A stretch of DNA of 64,000 bases from Heterodontus francisci (taxonomy: Eukaryota), in the NCBI RefSeq assembly GCF_036365525.1, contig NC_090410.1, forward strand, positions 20,804,182-20,868,181. Reading direction: 5' to 3'. Shown here piece after piece: positions 13,001 to 25,000 of this stretch. The position numbers and the translations under genes were made by a program. Each line of letters begins with the position of its first letter. Positions within the stretch are counted from its first letter, which is position 1. The notes under the pieces are model-generated. The model searched no databases, had not been told where the DNA came from, and saw only the letters and a list, made by a program, of their open reading frames with translations.

Positions 13001-16000
13001 ATCATTTTTTGTACCAGGCAAATCATTACTAGTGTTCAATTACAGAATTTAAAAGGACAGTAACATTATTTGTTTATATTGCACAGCTTTTCCTTTACCG
13101 TTTATTAGCTTCAGAAATTAAAGCTCAATTTGTTGTCCATGACGCATTGGTCAAAATATACATCATCCTTTGAAATGCATTCAGGTTTATTCTCCTTCCC
13201 TTACAAATCAGAGCATTAACTTCATTGAACTATCATGAATCGGACCACACTGAACATTAAGTTAATTATTGCTCCCCCAGAGTCAGGTGGCCCTACTATC
13301 AACATGAGCACCACAGAAGTCAACTAGTTTTAGTTCAGCAAGCAGACACCTATCCATAAGGGTACATGAGCATAGTGGTCATGTTACTGGACTAGTAATC
13401 CAGAGGTCTGAACCAATTTTTTTTTTTTTTTAATTCATTCATGGAATGTGGGCGTCGCTGGCTGGGCCAGCAATTATTGCCCATCCCTAATTGCCCTTTA
13501 GAAGGTGGTGGTGAGCAGCTGCCTTGAACCACTGCAGGCCATGAGGGGTAGGTACACCCACAGTGCTGTTAGGGAGGGAGTTCCAGAATTTTGACCCAGC
13601 GACAGTGAAGGAACAGCGACACAGTTCCAAGTCAGGATGGTGTGCGACTTGGAGGGGAACTTGTAGGTGGTGGTGTTCCCACGCATCCACTTTCCTTGTC
13701 CTACTAGGTGGTAGAGGTCACGGGTTTGGAAGGTGCTGTCAAAGGAACCTTAGTGTTTTTTTTTGATCTGGAGACAAGAGTTCAAATCCCACTATGGCAG
13801 CTGGTGAATTTAAATTCAGTTAATTAAATAAATCAGGATAAAAAGCTAGCATCAGTACTAATTCCCATGAAACTACTGAATTGCTGTAAAAATCCATCTG
13901 GTTCACCAATCTCTTTCACGGGAGAAAATCTCTGTCCTTACCCAGTCTGGCCTACGTGCAGACCCACAGCAATGTGGCTGATTCTTAACTGCCCTCTGTA
14001 ATGGCTTAACAAGCCACAGTTGTATTAAAAACCCAATACCAGTGATTCAAGGCAGTTCATCACCACCTTCTCAATTAAGGATGGACAATAAATGCTGGCC
14101 TTACCAGCAATGAATGAATGAATCCAGTGAATGAATGAGAAAAAAAAAAAAGTTGCTCCGAAAAATCCCAAAAGCAATGGTGGCGTATCTCACTGACTTC
14201 TGTACGCGTCAGCAAAACAATTGAACAAACCGCCCCTGGAGACAGGGCTATGAAAATCAGACTAGGACAGTTATGTAGTGGGCCACAAATCTCTACTCCT
14301 GTGCTCCCCCCCCCCAAACCTAACACAAAAACCTTATTAACCCTTTGAGCATTGTAAAGGCCTGACAGGTTCTTGCCAAGCCCAGTGTTGAACTGTGGAG
14401 GTCGACAGCCTGTCCATGACCAATTTATTCAGTCAAGAGCTCTAGAGAAAAATCACATTTGTTAGAACTTTTCCCACAACCAAGGCTGTGGTTGTTGGAG
14501 GTCAATCATCTCAGTCCCAGGACATCAGTGCAGGAGTTCCTCAGGGTAGTGTCCTAGGCCCAACCATCTTCGGCTGCTTCAATGGCCTTCCTTCAATCAT
14601 AAGGTCAGAAGTGGAGATGTTTGCTGACGATTGCACAATGTTCAGCACCATTCACAGCTCCTCTGATACTGAAGCAGCCAGTGTCCAGATGCAGCAACAC
14701 CTGGACAACATCCAGGCTTGGGCTGATAAGTGGCAAGTAACATTTGTGCCACACAAATGCCGGGCAATGATCATCAACAAGAGAGAATCGAATCATCGAT
14801 CCTTGATTTTCAACGGCATTACCATCGCTGAATCCCCAACTATCAACCTCCTGGGGTCGCCATTGACCAGAAACTGAACTGGTCCAGCCACTAAATGCTG
14901 CAGCTACAAGAGCAGGTCAGAGGTTGTGAATTCTGCGGCGAGTAACTCACCTCCTGACTCCCCAAAGCCTGTCCACCATCTACAAGGCACAAGTCAGGAG
15001 TGTGATGGAATACTCTCCATTTGCCTGGATGGATGCAGCTCCAACAACGCTCAAGAAGCTCGACACCATCCAGGACAAAGCAGCCCGCTTGATTGGCACC
15101 TCATCCACAAACATTCACCCCATCCACCACTGCACAGTGGCAGCAGTGTGTACCATCTACAAGATGCACTGCAGCAACGCACCAAGGCTCCTTAGATAGC
15201 ACCTTCCAAACTTTAAATCTCTACCACTTAGAAGGACAAGGGCAGCAGATGCACGGGAACACCACCACCTGCAAGTTCCCCTCCAAGTCACACCATCCTG
15301 ACTTGGAACTATATCGCCGTTCCTTCACTGTCGCTGGGTCAAAATCCTGGAACTCTCTTCCTAACAGCACTGTGGGTATACCTACATGGACTGTAGCGGT
15401 TCAAGAAGGCAGCTCACCACCACCTTCTCAAGAGCAATTAGGGATGGGCAATAAATGCTGGCCTAGCCAGAAATGTCCGCATCCCACAATCGAATAAAAA
15501 TTAAAAAATCCCCGGACTGTCTCGTGTTTTGCAGCTAATGAATTTGAAGTGCAGTCACGGGACAAAGCCAATTAAGCAGATTTTAATCCCACCATAAGCA
15601 ATTAGTGTGTTTGATGATGTTGGTGGAGAGATGAATATTGGCCAGGACACCAAATGGGACTCGAATTCAACATGTGAGCTGAAAGACCACAACTCCAAAG
15701 TTGCAGCACTGCCAGTGCAGGTTTACAAAAATGATACTTGGACTCCCAGTTAAGTCACATGGAGAGATTAAACAAACTAGGATTGTATTGAATTTAGAAT
15801 GCTCAGCGGTGTTTTGGTCTCAGTTCAAGATATTAGGGGGAACAGATTGGGAGAATCTACTTTTGCTACTGAGGAGTCTCGGACTAGGGGCATAGGTCTG
15901 GCTCGAATTATTTTTGGCAAGACTTTCAGGAGTGAAATTAGGAAACATTCCTTCATGCAAAGGGGGTTGAAGTTTGGAACTCTCTTCCGTAAACAGCAAC

Positions 16001-19000
16001 TGATGCTGGAGCAATCTTTAATTTAAAAGAAGAGATAGGTAGATGTGGAATTAAGGGATATGGGACAACGGTGGGTATGTGGAGTTAGGTCACAGTTCTG
16101 GAGTAAAGCTTGAACACTCAAACTCTGGCTCAAACATGAAGGCTACCAACTGAAGCATACGGATACATACAAGAAAGATTTCATTTAACCACATCATATA
16201 GCGATGCAGTGTCAAGGCCATGAAAAATAAAACCACTACTTACGTCTGCATACAATTTTGTTGAGAATATTCTTCAGCTCCATTGGACTCACCTCCATGT
16301 CCTGCAAAGAATCAGGAATCTTGATTACATCACAACACGTGGGATTTATTCCAAAAGAATATTGACTCCGACTGCTTTACAAGAGGAACACAAAAGAACA
16401 GGTGGCAAGAATTTTTCTTCACTCAGAACATCTCCCCATATTGAACATTAAACACAGATATCCAGTTCTCTTCACCTCCCTACTCCCCAGTAATGTCAAT
16501 GAGAAGATACCATTTCACCAGAAACATGGATCAGGTCAATTTCTCAGTCCTACACATTTATGGGTTTTCTTGCATTGGAATGTAGACACTGCTGGTGGAC
16601 ATCATCTTGCTTTTATAGCTGAAACTCAATTGTACTGAAATGGAGACACTGTCTTCCTGGTCTATACAGAAGGCTACACACCATCTGTTGCCAAGGGTTG
16701 GATCAGCAATTTCTCAGGCACAAATCTTATAATTTTGTCAAATCACAAAAATGTGCATCCTATAGTCTAATGGAGACATTGGCGGGATTGTTGGGGTATG
16801 AGGAGCCAAAGAGAAGCTAGGCCTCATCTCAGTACTTTCCTGCATTAATGCACGAGGGGCAAGAAAGTAGAGTGTCTGCGTTGGGGGTGGTTGGGGGGGG
16901 CAGCAAAATGGATTTCACACCTCGTGGACTTATTGTAAATTAACAAAAAATAAGCACAAACAAAAAAATGAAGGCAGACTGAAGCAGATGTTCTCCCACG
17001 TAACTGTCCTCCAAACATGCCAACTCTAGCGAATTGATTACGAGAGGGGAAATTTCTCAGTCAACCTCAGCCTCACTCACAATCACGTGAGGGGGCTGTG
17101 GAAACTCAATTTTTCTGCTGCCATGGCAATAAAACTCACTTCACTCTGGACACCTACCTGCTGTTTCCTCTCTGCCTCCCTCCCCTCCACCCCCCCCCTC
17201 CCCTCACCCATCCAGGGACACAATCGCATTGTCGTTTATAGTGAAGGAAAACATGTCGGTAGCACGGTCGCACACAGAGAAGGAGATAGTCAGTCAGTCA
17301 CCAGCTCCCTCATTCCCTACTCTTTATATTTGTTGGTAAAATAGCTGCAGATACACTCCCACCGCTCCTTTCAGTCAGAGGAAAAGATGTTGGGGGAAGG
17401 AAAAACCAAGCTGCACATCAACAAATCTTGTATACATTGGACGTCAGAGCCTGGTGCACACACTGCATTCTGTGCATGATGGGCGCGAACGGGAAAAATG
17501 AAAGCTCTGCTTAACCCAGTATGGGTTTCCATGTGCCAGCACAAAGGCCAGGGGTTTTGCTGCACAAATGCTGAAGCCATAAATTGGAAGATCTTCGACG
17601 ACACCTATATTTTCTCGTAGGGTTGGCAATTCTGGTTGGATGTGTTCCTGGAGGTCAGATGGTAAGATATCTGATCACGTGATGCATGGTTACATGACAC
17701 TTACAAGTGTCATTGCAAAGGTTGGTTTTGCTGTACTCAAGTGACTTTGCTCATGATTTTATTCCCACATCCAACTGAACTCTGTTGGCTGATGGGCAAC
17801 TTGGGTACAGAGGAGCTGCTCTACACAGCCCCAAAGTTACCACCACCACTTTCTTTTTGAAGAGTCTGTATCCCATGGAGGAAAGGTTGGAGATAGTAAG
17901 CTGGGGGCCAGAGTTTTAGCAGAACCTTTCTCTCTCGGCTCGGACGCTAGGAAAGCCCTGTGGGGGTAACTGACATTTTTGGCCGCATTTTCAAATTTCT
18001 GCATGCTCCCTTCACTCCAACAACATGCTTCTTACTGTTTTTCACTTCGCAATTGATGGCTCCACATTCAGCTACTCCAGTCCTGCCCTTTGTAATCAGT
18101 TCTTTCTGCTTTGAAAAAAAAACTTCCTAAAGCACTTAGGATGCCTCTCATTTCCCAAAATCTTTAAGCTTTCCCCCTCCTGCTTAGCATGCACTGTTTC
18201 ATACTCTTCAATGTAAAGCACTTGCGGGTGTGTCCCTGCATTAGGAGCACTGTCAAATTGCAGAAAGTCCATTGGTAGTGAAAGGGAACAGTATAGTTCT
18301 GCTGCCCTAATTATTATTCTGCATGACCATATTCATTTGTTAAATTATTTCAAAATATTGCAAATATTAAACTGATCATGGAAATCTTTTGCATTAACTC
18401 AACTACCACAATCATGTTTTGAATAACTCAAATTTGGAGGTGATAATAGTTACTGCACCACAAATAAATGTCTTTTTAATGCATTAAACTGGGACATGCC
18501 AGTTAGGTTACTCCTACAAAGAGGCAGCTGTTTTACCAATAGTAACTATAGTTAAAGAAGGATCTGCCCTCCCACTTGAAGGAGTAACTAGTCTTTTTGT
18601 AAAGCATTTCCAAATGCAGTAACAGTTTTTGTAGAGTCCTGACCCGTTTAATTAAACGAGCCACTATTGAGGGTTTTGAAAATTGTCAATCTATTCATGT
18701 TTGTGGGGGGAAAAAAATCATGACTTTTGCACCAAACCTCTTGATTTAGGATATGGTGAAGTTGGCATGTCTACTTCTGTCTCAATCACGGAAGAGGAAT
18801 CCAAAACTAGTATCAGGCAGAACAGAGGCTGTGCTCAACTGTTGTTCATTATGGGTTTTAGATTAGATTAGAGATACAGCACTGAAACAGGCCCTTCGGC
18901 CCACCGAGTCTGTGCCGAACATCAACCACCCATTTATACTAATCCTACACTAATCCCATATTCCTACCAAACATCCCCACCTGTCCCTATATTTCCCTAC

Positions 19001-22000
19001 CACCTACCTATACTAGTGACAATTTATAATGGCCAATTTACCTATCAACCTGCAAGTCTTTTGGCTTGTGGGAGGAAACCGGAGCACCCGGAGAAAACCC
19101 ACGCAGACACGGAGAACTTGCAAACTCCACACAGGCAGTACCCGGAATCGAACCCGGGTCCCTGGAGCTGTGAGGCTGCAGTGCTAACCACTGCGCCACT
19201 GTGCCGCCTGTGTGGTTTGTGGCCACACCTTCAGTGAGTCAATATTTGAGGGCAGATTTGATGACTCACCCACATGAAACACTTCCCAAAATGTGAGTCA
19301 ACTGTTGCTGCACTCCAGCAACATTCGGCCCTCCCTCTTAAGTAAATGCCCAATTTTTGATGAGTTACAAAATTCATTGAAATACATAAAGGGAGGACAT
19401 TCACTGGGTTAAATGCAATGGTTGACAAGAGAGAGTGTCCTGCTGCCAGGTCTCCACTTAATAAAAAGGAGATAAGAGACATGCAATTGGAGCCCAGCAG
19501 GCTCTCGCCTTCCTACTGTCCCTCATCCCCACTCACATGGGAAATCTGAGCAGAAGTCGTCCAACAGCTCAATGCAATGACATTGAAATGGAGCCCAGAG
19601 TTGGTGGGGGCGGGCACGGTAACTACACACAATCTCACAACCCCCTTCCCAAGCATTCACATGTTGGATCATGCAGTACTAACAGCCAACATTACCCTTT
19701 AACACTGAGATCCAACACCCCACTAAAGGTACGGGTTAGGTCGAGACTTTGTGTCAACACATTTTAACACAAGGGAACTTCCAACAGACACGATCCCTTC
19801 CACCAAATTTTGACTGTGAAATTGATCACGCTGCCACAAAGCCAGCCATGATTGGAGAACTGCTCAAAGAGGTCAAGGTCAGTACAAATTTGCATAAATT
19901 TCCATATTTTGTTTGATGCATTGCAGACACAAAAACAGTCCCGAGTGTGTCTGAATAATCTCACCCATATAAAACATTAAAGATTAGCCCTGGCACTCAA
20001 AGCAGTTGGCTGTTAACAAATTACTTTATTGCTTCACTGGAATAACGATCACAACCCACTTTCCTTCACTAGGAGGAATCTACAGCAAAGATGTCTTCCT
20101 TCATTTACTGACAGAACTCGTTGCTTATTTACAACATTAGCTGGGAGCAAACTAGTACAAGGGAGCCCAGGGTACAGAAAACCATGCTCTGAAAATACTA
20201 CTCACAAACAGGTCTGGGTGGGGTTACCAACCAAACCAGTGCGATTGGTTCAATCACAAGCAACAGGTGTTCTAAAATTCTAGATACTGGGCTGGGCTTG
20301 AATTCTCTGCCTCTGCGCAGAGTACAAAGGGTGGGGAGAGAGAAGTCAGCTGTCTTCATTTACATAAGAGACCAATTCTTTAATGTTTATACGGCAAAGG
20401 TACTGAGACTCAACCACCCCTGCAGCCCCTCTCCCTCTCTGGTTTTGAACAAAAAAATCCAGATTCAAAAATAAGATCCACCCCTACTTTGGGCAGACGC
20501 ATACACTCAAGGTATGAATCCAAAGAGATATACACCCTGGTATCTTGCACAAGGGACTATTCTTCATGCTCCAACCTCAGTGCTGGAAAGTTGTTGCACT
20601 ATACAAGGGAGTGGAGTGATCAGAGCCAAACCCAATCCGTCCCACGCACCTTTCAAGCGGTGGAGGCTGGGCACTCGCGAACTTTACCCAATTTCTCCCC
20701 TCTTCAAACATTTGGGAAGCACCAAGGCCAATGTGTAGAATCCTCTTCCAATATCTCACCTCCCAACACAAGCCCAGGATTGAACCCAGGCCCATCATGG
20801 TCAGTGCGCTTCAATTACTCAGTAAATAAAGTGAAGGAACTGACTGAGCCTCCCAGCTGTAGGAGTGCTGTGACAAAAACTTAGCTTCTAAAACTTTCAG
20901 TTAACTGCAGCAAGTTATTTGGCATGACCACACACTGCCCAGAACAGTTTACAAATATTCAATGGATCGTTCACATGTGCCTTTAATGCTTACTTCTCCG
21001 GCCAGGCTTTTGAAGATCTGCCGGAACCTACGTTCCTCCTCATTCTCATAGGACTCAACCTGCGAAATATGGCGGGGCTGCTCAGCCTATAAAACAAGAG
21101 CCAGTTGATCAGAAAGATCAATGGAGTCCAAAACACAGGCCTGTTACACAATACGTCAGAATACAATACAATAGAATATTACAAGAAACTTCCTTCCCCA
21201 CTGTCAATATTCATAAATGTCATGTTCTAAGTTTTAGAAAAGATTGAGAAATATACTTAAAGCCCCGAGATGCGAGATACAGGTAGGATTGTCAACTCTG
21301 CTTAGCTGCGTTCCTGGAAGTGATCACATGACCTACTGCCACAAGCACCTCTCTCTTCCCCAATCTATAGTATTTGGAATTTTTTTTTTAATTTTCAAAA
21401 TGAAAAACGTTAATGGCTCTATGATTGCATTCTGCAAGTTAACCTTCATTCCTGGAGAATTGAGGAGAATCCTGCACAGTTGGCAACTGAGATACAGGGC
21501 AGGAAAATGCAAAAGGGAAGGAGAGACAAGAAGCTACAAGTGGCAGTCAGTGTCAAGCCTGTACTTTATGCAGATTGATGGAGGGAAGAGAAACAAAGGG
21601 TCCTACAGATTGGAATGGCATGAAAGGATGAGTGAAGAGATGATTTTGATTTCAGTGAGGCTGGAGCACACTTGGAGAGGTAGAAGAGAAAATACAGAGC
21701 ACATTCATTTGCTATCTCTCTAGGAAATAGAACAGCACAGAAGGCAGCTAGCCGTTCAATGCATTATGCATGTGCTGGCTCTTTGAAAAAGCAATTAGTC
21801 CCACTCCCTGCACTTTCTCCATGGCCTTATAATATTCCCATCAAGTATAGTCAAACTTCCATTTTTACTATTGAATCTGCTTCGACTGCCCTTTCAAGCT
21901 GTGAATTCCAGATTATAATGCTGCCTAAAAAATTCTCCACATCTGAATCTTCTCATCAATTACCCAAAAGTCTGTCTTCTGGTTTCCAAAAGTTCTGCCA

Positions 22001-25000
22001 CTGGGAAGATTCTCTTAGTGCTCTATCAAAACTATTCACGATTTTGAATGCCTCTATTTAATCTGCTCTTAACGTTCCGTGCTCCAACAATCCCAACTTC
22101 TCCACATGACTTTTTTTTTCTTGGTTATCTTAGAACTACTGTTGAGTCTTTTCAGGATTACTGGCTGGCCCTCTTAACATGGGGCATAGTATGCAGGCAG
22201 GGGGCGAAGGGGATTCTCCATCAGTGCTTCTCACATTCCTCACCATTCTCAGACAAGTGAATCTCTTTCACAGAATCAGTCGTTACAGTGCAGAAAGAGG
22301 CCATTCGGCCCATCATGTCCACACTGGCTCTCCAAAACAGCAATGCCCTCAGTTCCATTCCCCTGCCCTCCCCCCGTAACCCTGCACATTCTTCCCTTTC
22401 ATAACTGTCTAATTCCCTTTTGAATGCTTCAATTGAACCTGCCTCCATCACATTCTCAGGCAGCGCATTACAGACCTTAACCACTCGCTGCTTGAAAAAG
22501 TTTTTCCTCATGTCACTTTTGCTTCTCTTACCAAATACTTTAAATCTGTGCTCTCTCATTTCTGATCCTTTCACAAGTGGGAACAGTTTCTCTCTATCTA
22601 CTCTGTTCAGACCCCTCATGATTTTGAATACCTCTAGCAAATCACCTCTCAGCCTTCTCTTCTCCAAGGAAAACAGTCCTAACTTCCCCAATCTATCTTC
22701 ATAACTGAAATTCCTCATCCCTGGAACCATTCTTGTGAATCTTTTCTGTACTCTCTCCAATGCCCTCACGTCTTTCATAAAGTGCGGCGCCCAGAACTGA
22801 ACAATACTCCAGCTGAGGCCGCACTGGCGACTTGTCTGCAGGCTGCTAACCAATGAATACAACCAACTCAGTGGGGACCCCATCCTGTCTGGGTTTTCCC
22901 CATTTGTGGAAGGGATCACTAGACCCCTTCCCTTAGCAGTAGAAGCAAGGTGAACTACAGCACAAGTGTGGGTCATGACATTCCATAACACTGACAACTG
23001 GTGCAGTGTCCTCCACTGTGCATAAACCTTTAGAAGACTGACATTCACCATAGCTGTTCAACATTCACTTTCGTTTAATCCCAGAAGTTGTCTCCACTTC
23101 TAGGCATCACAAATCTCCTGAACGCACCTGTTGTTCTCCAATAACTAAGGGGCTACTCTTCATGGTTGTGTATAGACACTGAATGTTGACAGCTTTAGTC
23201 AATACTTGTACTTTAAGGGTCACTGGACAGGAAGCAATGGAGCAACAACCCTTGCTGATTTCCCCACTGCCAAAGCACTGAAGACAATTGTCCTACAGCT
23301 CTAAACAGAAGCAGAACCCAAAAGTTACAGCAAACTTCTAAACATAAAATATTTCACTTTCATGCACAAATGCAGTCTTGATTGGCTTAAAACAATAAGG
23401 AGGATTTAGGATGTACTTACCGGGCCAGTCGTCATTTGTCTAGGGGTGTCGGGTGGGGGAGGAGGGAGGCCAGGAGGAAAGAAAAAAATATATTTAAATG
23501 CTGTAACCTTCAGTACTAAACATCTAAGCAGATTTTAACTATGCAAATTTAAAAACATAACGTACAGCATAGAAACAGCCATTCGGCCCAACTAGTGTTC
23601 AGCCCCATATAAGCCTCCTCCCACTTGCTTTACTGCCTCACCCTATTGACATATCCTTTGATACACAAGGGAGAAATTTATTTTTTAATTATTCTGGCGT
23701 GTGCAGAATTCTGTAGTGAAACCCCCTCTGTACTTAGAACCCCCCCCCCCCCCCCCCACACTGCACACACAAATCAGCGTGAACAAATACACTGATTTGT
23801 GAAACATTAATGTAGCATTTAAAATACACAATTACCAATTATATATATTGATAGTTATGACAAGCCCATCCCCTGTGCAATGCCCATGGTAAATCAGAGG
23901 TTACAATGTACCATAACAGCAGTGCTACACTACACAATGCAGTGTATTATGCTGCTAAGGTGCAGCAGTATCCCTTTTGTCACAAAGGGAAATTGTTGTC
24001 AAATAAACACTGGTTTAGTTCAGTTTAATTGCTGTTTAGTGACAACAGATTTCCAGATTTGAAGGTCAGAATTCAGTGAAATACTTCTCTTTTTAATGAG
24101 TTAGATTGCTGAGGCAAGAGGCTACAGATATTCTGACTCGTGTCATTGTTCAGGTACTCTCACTGGGGAACATCCTTTGTACATCACAAGTGACATTTTG
24201 AAGTGGAATTGAAATTTGGTTGAAACTCGTGCTACATATGCTGTTACAAATAGAGTATTTTGATACTGACTGTACCCTGACTGGTAGTAGGTTTAATTGC
24301 AATAGCTTAACCCATTGAGTGAGAATGTTAGTTTCAGTTTTCTACTACCTGCTCAAGGTAGCAGTATAGGAAACTCTGATGATCATTTTTCTCCAGTTAT
24401 GTGCTCAGCCACTGGTACCGGTAGGGTTGCCAACTATCTCGGATTGCCCTATGGACCCCAGGAATTAAAGATTAATCGCCAGGACACTGATGAGAAACCT
24501 CCTTGGGGCAATGTGTTTTTTTAAAAAAAGTTAACATCAGTTATAAAAAATACTGGACATGGGTTGGGAGAGCCAGGGAAAAGGCTGTTTCACTGAGTCA
24601 GAAGTCATCCAATTGGAGATTTGCTGTCCAATTGGTGGGGGAAATTAGGGCACTATGGGGATGGCCATGTCAAGCGATCAATGGTAGGAACTCGGGGTGG
24701 CACAGTTGGAGGTCATGTGATAACCACTAGGAACACAGCTGGGAGTTGGCAACCCTAGATACTGACCAATGTATTGATTATTTGTCCAGACCATTGAGCA
24801 ATCCTTGGGAGAGGGCAAGAAGGTGCGAATGGAAATAGAACAAAAGATTGCATTTCAACCCTGCTTTCAAACAATTAAGCACGCTAGTTGACAAACCAAA
24901 TTCTACATCTACTTGAACCAGTTCTGTAAAAACCCAAAGCCAGTAGCAAATCTCCATGGTGGAAATTAAGGAAAGAGTTTTAAGGAAAAGAGCTTGGAAA

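Noticed and set aside
22221-23051. 276-aa ORF
   Set aside because: Chance fusion of unique DNA with a CR1 ORF2 C-terminal fragment.
23440-23500. In-frame PPGLPPPPPDTPR upstream of the micro-exon, suggesting a longer exon 2
   Set aside because: No upstream AG gives the required phase 2, and C-rich pyrimidine tracts read as proline by default.
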